Origin: Amphiscolops sp. MND2022
Lineage: Eukaryota
NCBI GenBank assembly: GCA_964187785.1
Contig: OZ076409.1
Coordinates: 5,954,001-6,018,000, forward strand
Direction: 5' to 3'
Length of the DNA stretch: 64,000 bases
Shown here: piece after piece, positions 24,397-35,300 of the stretch
Layout: every line of letters begins with the position of its first letter
How positions within the stretch are numbered: the stretch's first letter is position 1
Position numbers and translations under genes: made by a program
The notes under the pieces: model-generated
The model's input: the letters and a program-made list of their open reading frames with translations, nothing else
The model's database searches: none
What the model was told of the DNA's origin: nothing

Positions 24397-24813
24397 ATGC
24401 AAATTATTTTTTCCGCTAGTGATTTGCAAACTGCTTTGGGCAAAGTTAGTTACCTTTTTCCAAGAAATACACTGAGAAAAAACGCATTCCTGGCAGTTTG
24501 CTACTATATTGATAAAGATGTCAATTTGTGGGACATTAATGACATGGCAGAATTTGGCGGTCTAATAGGTCCCGGAAATAGTATATTGGACAAATATTTC
24601 AAACATCTCAAAATCTTCCGACTTCATGCAATATTTCACGATGCGTTCGGTTTCATGAAAAGCAATTTCGATCTGGGTCCGGGTTATGTATATGCATTAT
24701 CTCATAAACCAATTTTCACGAACAATATGTTACTCGGACACTTTACAGGATTAGCTTATTGGCTGCATATGAAGATATACAGGACTACGGAATACGAGAA
24801 GTTTTTGCTTTGA
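24397..24813 (+). CDS. Parvovirus-type phospholipase A2-like protein
   Basis: GLIGPGN calcium-loop-like motif, HAIFHDA catalytic HD, second LGPGY. Confidence 0.65.
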   Translation: MQIIFSASDLQTALGKVSYLFPRNTLRKNAFLAVCYYIDKDVNLWDINDMAEFGGLIGPGNSILDKYFKHLKIFRLHAIFHDAFGFMKSNFDLGPGYVYALSHKPIFTNNMLLGHFTGLAYWLHMKIYRTTEYEKFLL

Positions 24814-24840
24814 CGTTCATTACCGATCCAGCTTGCTCAG

Positions 24841-25092
24841 ATGTCAGTCGTGCGCTCTTACGTTGAAACTTCAATTTCACTTCCCATCTCTCCCACTACC
24901 AATTTTTCAGCTCGCTTGAATCCAAAAACGCTTCTTGTTTGCATAGAGCAGTCGAACATTCCGAGTACAAAAAGTCGACAGACTTTGAATCGGATTCATT
25001 TAAATTTGACCGACTTGCAAAGGCTGTACCAAGTTATCAACTTTGTTTTAAACATTAATCCCTATCATATAAACTCTTTCCAAGAACAATGA
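24841..25092 (+). CDS. Small Polinton hypothetical protein
   Basis: ATG-initiated ORF in the gene array; its stop overlaps the next ATG (ATGA). Confidence 0.55.
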   Translation: MSVVRSYVETSISLPISPTTNFSARLNPKTLLVCIEQSNIPSTKSRQTLNRIHLNLTDLQRLYQVINFVLNINPYHINSFQEQ

Positions 25093-25382
25093 CAAAAGCA
25101 ACCAGCGAAGGGGATTTTGCTGATGCACTGGATGTTGGAGCCGTTATTTTTGACGACCAAAACCGGGAAAGATCGCCATTCGAATTGAATTGTTGCTGTT
25201 TCAGAAAAAGTACTTGCAACAGAACACTTTTCATTCTTCTTTTTCACTACTCAATAATTTTTGCAGTTGTTCTATTCAGTATTGGGTACTTAGCGCTCAG
25301 CTCTCAAACTCATTATCATTCCGGCGTTTTAGCATTACTGTCAGCTTGTATTGGATACATCATTCCGAGTCCAAGAGCATGA
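25089..25382 (+). CDS. Small two-transmembrane protein
   Basis: Two hydrophobic helices ending LLSACIGYIIPSP; ATGA overlap with the ATPase. Confidence 0.65.
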   Translation: MTKATSEGDFADALDVGAVIFDDQNRERSPFELNCCCFRKSTCNRTLFILLFHYSIIFAVVLFSIGYLALSSQTHYHSGVLALLSACIGYIIPSPRA

Positions 25383-26080
25383 ATAAGAGAATTAATACAA
25401 GTCCTCACTGTTTCATTTCAATTGTTGGCCCTGGAGGTTGCGGGAAAACTCAACTCGTGTCGCAAATGTTGCAGAATCAGCGGAAAATTTTCAAGCCATC
25501 CTTCGATAAAATCCTATATTTTTACAACCACTTCCAAGATCATTATCAATCTTTATTGCTTGGGGCATCCGATGACAGAACATCAATTGAATTCCATCAA
25601 GGTCTCCAATGGTCTGCCGTCGACAAGTGTGAGGCGCAAAAGATGAGAACGTTGGTTGTAATCGATGATTTGTATCAAGATGCATGTGAAGACAAAGCAT
25701 TTTTGAGCTTGGTTGTCGCAGGACGCCATCGCAATATTCACTTGATGATACTAAAGCACAACCTCTATCAACCAGCAAAAAATTCAAAAACTATAGACTT
25801 GAACGTTACGCAAATGATACTCTTCAAGAGCCCTCGCGATATTGAACAAATTGGCGTGTTGGGAAGACAAATGGGCGATCGACAGCTTTTATTGGAGGCA
25901 TATAAAAGAGCTACACTAAGGCCTTTCGGTCATTTGTTGATTGACTTGGATTCACAGGTGGACCCCAAACTCAAATATTCTACAGACTGCTCAGGCAACA
26001 AACCTTCTGTGTTTTACATTTCTACGACTAAAACAACTGAAACTGTAGAAAATGAGTCGACGAAACTTTTATATGCTTGA
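25379..26080 (+). CDS. A32/FtsK-like DNA packaging ATPase
   Basis: Walker A GPGGCGKT, Walker B LVVIDD, GRHRNI arginine motif. Confidence 0.92.
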   Translation: MNKRINTSPHCFISIVGPGGCGKTQLVSQMLQNQRKIFKPSFDKILYFYNHFQDHYQSLLLGASDDRTSIEFHQGLQWSAVDKCEAQKMRTLVVIDDLYQDACEDKAFLSLVVAGRHRNIHLMILKHNLYQPAKNSKTIDLNVTQMILFKSPRDIEQIGVLGRQMGDRQLLLEAYKRATLRPFGHLLIDLDSQVDPKLKYSTDCSGNKPSVFYISTTKTTETVENESTKLLYA

Positions 26081-26384
26081 TTTGTTCATTGATATGAAAC
26101 CTGTGGTCAAACAAACGTTTTTACTTCATTGCTCGAACGAAATAATAAAGTTTTTCTGCAATTGTCTTTTCAATGTGGTTCATGGCCAAATCAAAATGGC
26201 ATCAAATGTTTCCCGCAAGAAATTGGAGAAATTCACAAGCCTGATAGACTTTCTTTGTGCAAAGAGTAACAAAATTGTCAAGAAACGTCAGTCGTTGGCA
26301 TCTAAAAATGGATTAAAACTTTTGCATCTGATAGAACGTTCAATTCTTAATCATTTGATGAAACGCCATGATATCGGGCAGTAG
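26052..26384 (+). CDS. Conserved small Polinton protein
   Basis: IIKFFCNCLFNVVHGQI resembles the ICEC..N.L.GN motif of a Polinton core ORF. Confidence 0.65.
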   Translation: MSRRNFYMLDLFIDMKPVVKQTFLLHCSNEIIKFFCNCLFNVVHGQIKMASNVSRKKLEKFTSLIDFLCAKSNKIVKKRQSLASKNGLKLLHLIERSILNHLMKRHDIGQ

Positions 26385-27039
26385 CACCAAAGAATTCGTT
26401 CTGATAACACTGGACGAATACATGTCCTTGTTGTCTTTGAAAACTACCAAATCAGAAATCGCAAAATCCGACATCGCGAATCTCAGCGAATCCTTCCCAC
26501 AAGCAATCCTGCCGAACGTTGACAAAAGAACCAGTTGCGAACAGCAAGAAACAAATGCGGAAAAAACTTGCACGCAAATCAATTTGAACTCGAGATTGCA
26601 AGCTCCACCCAAAAGGAGCGCTCCTGCTGATGAAGACATATCCGACAAGGCTAAGACTCTTGCGAAAACGGACAGGATTGTGCTCGATTTGCTTTCCTCG
26701 GGACTTTCCGGCGGCAAAGTTGAGCGATCGAGACAAATCTTGCAAAAAATTGATCAGACCAAGGATGTGTCGATTGATTCAAACTCTGGTCGATTACTTA
26801 TGCACGACCGAGACGTAAACATACCAATTTTCGATTTTTTGAATGACCTACAGGTGACCACGAAGAAATTGAGTGAAAATGCTTTGGAACTGATCAGGAG
26901 AATCCGGATACCAGAATTTCTGATCGCTAATACAAATGCAAAACGTGTTGCATCAGAAATCGCCCACTATCACGAAGAAAATGATTTGGATGAAAAGATT
27001 GGAAGTTCCTCAACTGCTAAATGGTTGCGTTTATATTAG
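26368..27039 (+). CDS. Polinton hypothetical protein
   Basis: Intact 223-aa ORF upstream of integrase, ending W-x-x-L-Y. Confidence 0.7.
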   Translation: MISGSSTKEFVLITLDEYMSLLSLKTTKSEIAKSDIANLSESFPQAILPNVDKRTSCEQQETNAEKTCTQINLNSRLQAPPKRSAPADEDISDKAKTLAKTDRIVLDLLSSGLSGGKVERSRQILQKIDQTKDVSIDSNSGRLLMHDRDVNIPIFDFLNDLQVTTKKLSENALELIRRIRIPEFLIANTNAKRVASEIAHYHEENDLDEKIGSSSTAKWLRLY

Positions 27040-27076
27040 CAAGAATCACTTTTACGCCTAACTCAGTTCCCGACAG

Positions 27077-28309
27077 TTGATCTTACCGCGGAATATGTAT
27101 AAAACTAGAAGAAAACCTAAAACAAAATATTTTTGTGGAAATTGTGCCAAGGAATTGGGTCGAGGTTCTCGACAACATCCTTCAGTCTGGTGCAACGTAT
27201 GTGGATGGGTCCACTTTGCGTGCAGTGGCCTAAAACAGTTGAAGGATTACAAGAAAAACGAAACCTTTCTATGCACAAAATGTTCAGCGACAAGACGATT
27301 GGTCCAGCCAACAGAAGAAATCATTGCACATAGCAAATTGCATAACCTTTACACATCCTGCAACAATCCGTCTGCTTTTGGCAGTCGAACTGCTCTCAAA
27401 CAGACTTCCAAATGCACATTCAAACAAGTTGACAACTATCTCAACCGCAGCGAGACTTATTCCAAGTTTAAACAAACGCGCAATCGTTTTCTCCGATTGA
27501 AAGTTCAAAGCTACCGGTTGAATGAGATTTGGTCCATTGACTTGGCAGACATGCAAAAGTTGGCACGACACAACCATGGTGTAAACTTCATCCTGGTAGC
27601 AGTTGACACCCTGAGTCGGTTTGTTTGGGCAATGCCATTGAAACGAAAAACGGCCATCGAATGTAAAAATGCTCTCCAATCCATTATTAACAATCTCAAC
27701 TCCAGAGGAAAGAATAAATCAAACACTTTGAAGCCTAAATTCTGTTCAACAAATTGCGCAAATTTCTTGAAGCCTGAAAAAATTTGGGTAGATAAAGGTC
27801 GAGAGTTTGCAGGACAATTTTCAGAATACTGCACTGATAATGACATCCAAATTTATTCCACGCACAGCGAAACAAAGTCAGCGTTTGCAGAGCGCAATAT
27901 TCGATCACTGAAGGCAATTTTATTCAAGTATTTGCACGAAAACAACACCGATACTTATGTAGAAAACCTGCAACAATTCGTGGACGTCATCAACAGCCGA
28001 GTTAATCGTGTCACCAAGCTAGCTCCAAAGGAAGTACGCAAATGCGATGTTCCATATTTGATTTCGTTGCAAAACACTAATACCCCTCTTCGGCCAAAGT
28101 TTCACATTGGCCAGCAAGTGAGAATAAAACGAAAAATTGAGACTTTTCATAGAGGGTACCGCATTCAGTTCACTGAGGAGGTTTTCACGATAGCCACAGT
28201 ACAAACACTGAACCCTCCCACTTATACGATTAGGGACGCCAACAATCAGTTGATTCTTGGGAAATTTTATGAGTCTGAACTAACAAGATTCGAAGAATCT
28301 CCTCTATAA
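27077..28309 (+). CDS. int: Retroviral-type (rve) integrase with N-terminal PHD finger
   Basis: C4HC3 PHD (CGNC..WCNVCGWVHFAC..FLCTKC); DDE core WSIDLADM, VDKGREF, AERNIRSLK; ends FYESEL with no chromodomain; likely ATG ~27095. Confidence 0.93.
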   Translation: MILPRNMYKTRRKPKTKYFCGNCAKELGRGSRQHPSVWCNVCGWVHFACSGLKQLKDYKKNETFLCTKCSATRRLVQPTEEIIAHSKLHNLYTSCNNPSAFGSRTALKQTSKCTFKQVDNYLNRSETYSKFKQTRNRFLRLKVQSYRLNEIWSIDLADMQKLARHNHGVNFILVAVDTLSRFVWAMPLKRKTAIECKNALQSIINNLNSRGKNKSNTLKPKFCSTNCANFLKPEKIWVDKGREFAGQFSEYCTDNDIQIYSTHSETKSAFAERNIRSLKAILFKYLHENNTDTYVENLQQFVDVINSRVNRVTKLAPKEVRKCDVPYLISLQNTNTPLRPKFHIGQQVRIKRKIETFHRGYRIQFTEEVFTIATVQTLNPPTYTIRDANNQLILGKFYESELTRFEESPL

Positions 28310-28339
28310 CTCGGAAGCTCCTTGAACAAACTGGTGGAA

Positions 28340-29242
28340 ATGCAATCCCAAGACTTCACAATAAATTTAGTGTCAAACGCTTCAATGGCAACGTTTCCAA
28401 ACAATACGCTGGCACAATTCACAACTTTATTACCACAACAGCTCTCCTTATCAGGATCGTGGGAAGTAGCAGTGTCTGAAATTTCGTGGCCTTCAGCAAT
28501 TCAAAACATTACCTGCGGCGAATTCAAGTACCAGCTGAGGCCAGCTCAACCAGATGATAAAGAGGAACAAGGGGAAAAAACTCGCAAGAGGGCGTATGGC
28601 CTAGTGACAATGTACACCCCTCCTAAAATTGAAGATCATATTGAAGAGAGGACCTGTAGCATTAAACCAGGATTGTACTCGACTGTCGACCAAATTTTGG
28701 AGAGCATTTTCAAAAAAGTCTTTCCAAATGCTGCAGCAAAATTGCCAGTTACATGGAAGGTTGACAAATCTTCACAAACATTGAAGGTTTATTTTGATGG
28801 TAGCGAACGTGATTGCATCCTATTGGAAGCTACATCAAACGATTTGCAAAACGTGTTGGGACTGAAAACGGTCATTGATTGTAAGGAGAGCAGTTCAACT
28901 TCGAGAACCAGCCCTATGAAATCAAAGACTGTCGGCAAGTTTCCAATCGATATCAGCGGTGGGTGCAACACAATCTTTCTCTATTGCGATTTAGTGCAAA
29001 ACGAAATTTTGGGAGACTCACAGACTGCGTTACTACGTGCAATTCCACTAAGCAATTTCCTAAGTGAACACCGTGGGCAACAATATCTAAACTATCAAAC
29101 ATTTACCAATCTCCAATGGCGACGAATAGTCAAATCGAGCATCGAATCTATAACAATTTCCTTACGCAGTGAGTCTGGCCAATTGTTACCTTTTTTAAGT
29201 CGCGGCCGCACCAACATCACTCTTCAATTTCGCCAACGCTGA
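28340..29242 (+). CDS. Minor capsid protein (penton, Polinton PX)
   Basis: SNAS..FP.NT...F...LP..L.LSGSWEVAVSEI and LYCDLV...GDS..LLR motifs; C-terminal LQFR. Confidence 0.88.
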   Translation: MQSQDFTINLVSNASMATFPNNTLAQFTTLLPQQLSLSGSWEVAVSEISWPSAIQNITCGEFKYQLRPAQPDDKEEQGEKTRKRAYGLVTMYTPPKIEDHIEERTCSIKPGLYSTVDQILESIFKKVFPNAAAKLPVTWKVDKSSQTLKVYFDGSERDCILLEATSNDLQNVLGLKTVIDCKESSSTSRTSPMKSKTVGKFPIDISGGCNTIFLYCDLVQNEILGDSQTALLRAIPLSNFLSEHRGQQYLNYQTFTNLQWRRIVKSSIESITISLRSESGQLLPFLSRGRTNITLQFRQR

Positions 29243-29285
29243 GAGCTCCATTCTGGTCAAAGTCATCACACTAAGCGGTCGCTAT

Positions 29286-29777
29286 ATGGATGCTCATTAC
29301 GATTCTCAAATTCGACTGCAAAGTCATCATCAAACAACATTTGGGGGCCCGGCGAGGCAATTTGGATCCGGTGGAATGGGCGCTTTTGCCATGCGTATGG
29401 GAAGGGTAGCGGTACCTCTTGTGAAAAAATATGTGTTGCCAGTTGCAAAAGAGTTTGGAAAAAACTTAGTTTCTGCTTTTGTTCCTGAACTGTCAAACGT
29501 TGTTTCCGGGAGAAAGAGACCTCGCAAAGCTTTGAAAGACACTTTGAAAAAAAGTGCAATGAAAACAGTGATGACCGACGGCGGCACGGCGACGACCAAG
29601 GTCACGCTCCGGGAAGCGGCGCCGAACGGGCCTTCGCGTCATTCGGGCTCACCGGCTACTAAAAAAGGCAAAGATAAGATTACAAGCACTGCTAGCAGAC
29701 CATTGGCGACCATTTCTAAAAAGAAGTCAGCCAAAAGAAGTCGGTCCGAGATTCTTTCTAACGTCAACTTCGCCTAA
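29286..29777 (+). CDS. Basic core/membrane-active protein between penton and hexon
   Basis: RQFGSGG motif, amphipathic helix VPLVKKYVLPVAKEFGKNL, K/R-rich tail. Confidence 0.75.
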   Translation: MDAHYDSQIRLQSHHQTTFGGPARQFGSGGMGAFAMRMGRVAVPLVKKYVLPVAKEFGKNLVSAFVPELSNVVSGRKRPRKALKDTLKKSAMKTVMTDGGTATTKVTLREAAPNGPSRHSGSPATKKGKDKITSTASRPLATISKKKSAKRSRSEILSNVNFA

Positions 29778-29793
29778 CTTTTCTATTTTCCCA

Positions 29794-31163
29794 ATGAATA
29801 GTGGAAGCAGCAATGGCACAACGGGCACTTTGTTTACTCAAGCGTCGGAAATTGCCAGACCAGTAACGCACAGTGCTTTGGACTTTTTCGAGCAACCGAC
29901 TGTATTGATCAATTATGAAGGTTCATTTGATCAGGAAGTGTTTCCCCACGTGGGCTGTCGCGGGCCCCAACTGGATTTTGTCGTTTCAGCTGAAAACAAA
30001 AATTGTATAGATTTGAACAGGCTTTGTCTGGCTTTGGAGGTGTGCATTTACGGACCAGATGGCAAAGACAAAATTAAACCTGCAGACGTGGACCTCACAT
30101 TTGCAAATAACATTTTACACTCTCTATTTTCACATGTGGAGCTCTTTCTCGATGGAAAATTGGTTTCCAGCAGCAACAATAATTATCATCATTTGGCCTA
30201 CATCGAAACTGAACTTACAACGGACATTGCCAGCAAAATGACTTGGGCTCAATGTCAAGGCTATCACTACAGAGCGAATGAAAAGTCTAATGAAGAACTA
30301 AAGATGAAGCAGCTGGACAATTTTCGAAAAGGCGAAGAATTCAAAATTGAGCTCTATGGCGCCCCGCATATTGATTTTTTGGATTGTGAGCGATTACTTT
30401 TGCCTGGGGTTTCACTCCATTTGCGGTTCTACAGATGCCAAGCAATTGCGCTCTCGAAAGTGTAGGAACATGGACTGCGGATGACATCAAACGAATCGAT
30501 CAGGCGCCTTTCTCTGTAGTTATTGAAAAGGCATCCCTGTTTGTAAACAAAATTGTGTTGTCTGATTCAGTTAGAGTCAGCATAGAAAAAGCTCTGTTGA
30601 AAAGTGACGCTGTTTATCCTTACATCGAGAGCCTGAACAAGAGCTTTATAATCCAGGCTGGACAAAATTGTTTTGTGAAGGAAAACATTTTTGGAACAGA
30701 ACCCATCCGCAGATTGACGTTGTGCATGGTGAGAAACAAGTTTTTCAGGGGATCGACAATTGAATGCACGCCGTTTCGATACAAAAAATTCAACCTGAGT
30801 AAAGTTGAAATTCAGCGCGGCAATGGAGTTCCCATTGCTGGGACACCCATAAGGACTACAAATTGCACCCGTCTTTTTTACAACACCATTTGTGCTCTAG
30901 GTTTTGAGACTGGCGGGAATGGAATAGGAATGGCAGACTTTGAAGATGACCACTTTTTCCTAGTTTTCGATTTAACCTCGTCGAGAGAAGCGAGCAAGAC
31001 GCTCACTCTTTTTCCGGAACTCACTGGAGGTGGCCTCACTCTAAAGTTGGATTTTTCAGAAGCCTTAACGGATCCTGTGGAACTTTTTCTTGTTGGTGAA
31101 CGATTCAGTCAAGTATTTATTGACTCTGGGCGTAATATACGAAAAAATTGCCGGAGCAAATGA
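29794..31163 (+). pseudogene. Major capsid protein (hexon, Polinton PY), split by one frameshift at ~30436
   Basis: SALDFFE, NNILHSLFS.V, LLLPGVSL.LRF in ORF1; VYPY, PIRRLTLCMV, FFLVFDLT in ORF2. Confidence 0.88.
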
Positions 31164-31765
31164 TGGATAACTTTACACTTACAGACTTGGCTAAAAACTG
31201 CTGTGCATCTTCGCGATTTAAATTTGCTGGTGTTTGGTCGGCAAACAATTTCTCATTACCGTCACTGGCGATGAAGAATGCGACTGTTAATACAAGTAGC
31301 AAAGATTTTCAGACGTTGTTTTTGCACTCTTATTTCATAATTAACACATCTCCAGTAGGAGCTGTTGGACCGCATTGGTTGCTGTTATTCATATTGAGAC
31401 CGCAAGTGTTCCTCAAGAGGCAATTGAGAACACTTTTTTGCGTATGGGACCCATTGGGAAAACCTATTCAGAATTACACTTCATTTTTTGAACATTTGAT
31501 GACACTTTTCAAAAAGATTGGCACTGGAGAAATTTTTGAAATCAAGTTTCCTTTGCAAAAATCGCATTCAAACACTTGCGGTCTGCATTGTCTTCACATG
31601 GCTCATTACTTGATGCGTCTAGCTGATCAACACTCTATCAAGCTGGAGACTTTTCACTCTCAATTTGTAACCTTGTTGGAACCGCTAAAACAAATGCAAG
31701 AAATCGATTTGGTTTTATTTTGTAATGATCACTGTAAAACGATGTTGATGTATAAAGTAACATGA
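31148..31765 (+). CDS. Adenain-like cysteine protease
   Basis: IINT...GPHW, WDPLG, LQ...SNTCGLHC (His/Asp/Cys with Gln). Confidence 0.92.
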   Translation: MPEQMMDNFTLTDLAKNCCASSRFKFAGVWSANNFSLPSLAMKNATVNTSSKDFQTLFLHSYFIINTSPVGAVGPHWLLLFILRPQVFLKRQLRTLFCVWDPLGKPIQNYTSFFEHLMTLFKKIGTGEIFEIKFPLQKSHSNTCGLHCLHMAHYLMRLADQHSIKLETFHSQFVTLLEPLKQMQEIDLVLFCNDHCKTMLMYKVT

Positions 31766-31835
31766 CTGATGGGTATCAAACCTGTAAATGCATATAAGAT
31801 TTACAGAACCTTGCATATACATTGGCAGTTGAATT

Positions 31836-32330
31836 TTACTTTTGACAAGCCTTTTTACGGGAAGGTTCATCATCAGGGCTTACATCACTTTCAGTAGCCT
31901 CGTAGTCTATGAAGGGACAGGCAAAACGTGTAGCATCGGAATCAGAAACTTCATCATCGGTAAGGGTTTCAAAATTGATACACTGAGCTTCATGGTCAGA
32001 ATTCTCGCCGCTTGTTTGGTTGAGAAAGAATCCAGGATCAGGAGCAGCTGAAATTGAAACATCTTCGTTTCACACTCGTCGAGTTTATCGATTAGTACAA
32101 GGTATTGTATGAAAACTAACTATATTCCACAGAGCTCCATGCCTGAGCTAGAACACTGCGTTGATTGGCACAAGGAGAGCTGTTGCTAGCAGATGGGCTC
32201 ATTGTATTGGATAGAGAGCAAGTATCAGCACCACTACCAACCTCCTCGTCGGTTTCAGATTCAATGTCTGAAGCATCACCGTCGAAAGAATCATTGGATG
32301 CATCAGAATCAACAGACGAATCACTTTGAC
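31836..32330 (-). CDS. Two spliced acidic exons (32330-32121 and 32047-31836) downstream of pPolB
   Basis: Poly-T TAG acceptor, GTTAGT donor, TTTCAG acceptor, 73-nt intron; phase-1 join keeps the frame to TAA. Confidence 0.6.
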
Positions 32331-32394
32331 CTACAAAAAAAAAACAAACTTTTTTTTGCTCGAAAGACCATTCACATCTCCCCAATGTAGAAGT

Positions 32395-35300
32395 CTACTC
32401 ACTCGTTAGTCGACTAGACGATTTCAAGGAATAATGTCCATATGCAAGGGAGGATACCGTGTCATCTAAAATATACCGCTTGTCATCGTAGCAGCTCAAA
32501 GCAACCTTGTTGACAGAGTTGACAATTATTTGATGACTGGCTGATTTGAGTTGAATCATCTTTCTACGTACTGTTGATTGAGAAAGTAGACAATCCTTGA
32601 ATAAATTATGATGTAGCGTTTTTTTGACAGATTTCTGAACGCCTTTAGCACTCTGCTTGGTTCCTCCCACGTAATCGATGCTATACAATTTAGATCTCAA
32701 ACAGACAACTTCTTTTAAAACTTTTCCGTTGAGTTCATCCGTCATTGTTAATGGTACTTTTTTGTTGGTTTTGTCGTGGAGAAAATGATCAGCAGGATAA
32801 TCCGAGAGGTCCAGTAGATGTTTGAATGTGGCCATATCTTTATACAAGTCTTCAGTTTTGATTGGATAAAGCAGGGAGTCTGTGTCTTTGTACACTACTT
32901 TCAACCGGTCTGCTCCATACCGTGGAAGCATCTCCTCATAGTGAAACTTGTACAAAGAAAGTTTTGACAAATCCAAAATACTCGCGCCAACGGGTGTCGG
33001 TTTGTTCCATACCACTGAAGAGGGTTTCAAAGAAACAGTAACAAGATTTTTGCTGATGATTTTGAAACTCTTGAAGGTTGCCCGTTGAATGAATGCTTCA
33101 GCTTGAGTCTCCGTTGATACGAACTTTAGAGTACTACGTCTTCTGAGATTTTCCATTGTTTTGCCAAAACAAGCGTTCGACATTAGCTTGTAAAAGTTTT
33201 TCTCGAAGTCATTTGCGGCACTTTTACGCATTACAGTGTTTTTGGCAATGTACGTTCCCAACCATTTTGACTGTTGAAATTTTACCGCCCGGTGTAGAGT
33301 CGTGACTTTAAGACCATGTTTGACATAGAATTTTAGGTTTTCATAATGGCAAATGTAGTTTTTTTTGTCGAGCAGGGTCTCTACAAGCTTTTCATTCGCC
33401 GAGCTCATATTCAAACCAAATGACTTGGCATAATCCGATTTCCATTCTTTAGGTATTTTTAATTTTTCCGGAGCCAATGGAAGATCATTATGAGAGTCGT
33501 GTATTCCAGGAGGGTACACGAGGTCAACCTCGACGAAGTAACCAACGGGAGAGTCATTGGGCGTAGACAGAATTTCATTCAAAGTAATTTCAGGACACCA
33601 TTGATACCCTCCGAGCGGCATTTCCATTTGCATTGTTCCTGCGTACAGAGATGTTACATCAAAAAACGCCCCAAAAGTAACGTCTTTTTCAGGATTGAAA
33701 TTATCCAGATACTTGTTGTTAGCTTCAAAATGCCTCAGTGCACCAAGACCATTGATTCCTCCTCGGATTGCCTTTTCAAAAAACAACAGCTGATCAATGT
33801 CCTGCATTAGTTCCATTTTAACGCCAGTTGTGATTAGCATGGCATCCCAACTCAGGTTCGGAGCCGAATAAAAGTGAGCTGGGTCCAGCCTGTAGACTTG
33901 CATGCATACCTCCCTGAACTTTTGAAAAATGTCGGCCAGGATGAACACATCACTTTTCAGATAGATATCGTGATAGTCGCCTAAATTTTGGCAATGAAAA
34001 GCATTGTACATCTCCAAAGCACAACCATAATCTTGCTCGGTGATTTCAATACGTTGAGTCAAGGTGTTGAACCAGTCAGGGCCATAAGGTGGAAGTGGCA
34101 TTGCAAATTTTTCGAGGGAGTCGAGAAAATTGTACGGAAAGAATCCTTTTCTTGTTAATTTTTCAAAGATACTTTCAGTGATGTTTGGGAAACATGCTTT
34201 CAACAACTTGAAGTCTTGCTTGTCCAAGGTTTTAGCTAAAGAATCCAAGCTCTGAGACATAAACTGGAAGCTGTCCAGAAACCGTAAAGAATGATATTGA
34301 ATGACATCGTGACCCTTCTTGCTTTTAAATTTTTCCATGGGCATATCCAAAGAGAACGAAATATAAGTTTCATCGTTTTTAGCAATAGCTGACAACTTTT
34401 CACCAGTCTCGATTACCAAGTATTTAATAATATGATGAGCGTCATAACGCGAAAGGTTGTGAAAAAATACCGGCAGGAAATTTGTTGTTCTCGCACGCAG
34501 GTTGCACTTGGAATGAGCTACTCCAAATATTTCACCAGTTAGGTGACAGTGGTGAATTACCCGTTGACTTTCTTCCATCTCCTCACCACATAAACAGCAT
34601 CTCAAGTCATCTTGGTTCAGTAGAGAAATTCTATCATCTTTGGATATTCGTAGAATTTTACATTTTTGTTTCTTTTTGAAACACCATGTTGACCACGACC
34701 GAAGCAACTTCATTAATTGTTGAATGCAGTCTTTTCCTTTGTAGAACTCTTTCTTCACAACACTGTTACCTAAACCAAAAATTTTGGGTCAGAACGGTTT
34801 TTGTGAAACGAAAATTTTTGATGCCGAAAAACCTAATACTGACAAACTTACTTCTATCGTCGATGAGAACAGCACCAAAACTACAGGGAAACTGCTTTTC
34901 AATTTCTTTAGTGTTGCTTCCCACAGTGGTAGATGGATTCGAAGGGACATCAATTGCTTCCAAATCTGCGTAAACAATAAAGGGAACTCTCTGTGTTTTC
35001 TGCCAATTGACAAACTCGACAAAAGGAGCACACGTCGGCATACGAATTTCGAGTGGAGAATTTGATTCACAAAATTTGAAATGTTTTCTGAAATTTTTCT
35101 TGATGATAGGCTGAAAGCAGTTGGAGCAGAATTTTGACTTTGAACCTTTTTTACGTTTGCTCTCCGATCGTGTTAGTCGCTGAAGAAGATTGGAGAAATT
35201 AGTGATTAGGCAGTAGTGAGAGTTGGAGCCCTCTACCAAACGCAGAAGGTTAATTCGTCGCTTCGAAGATTTTCGCTCACTATAATACACAGCAACCAAC

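Noticed and set aside
30430..30445. Programmed frameshift in the hexon gene
   Set aside because: No slippery heptamer or intron signals at the break
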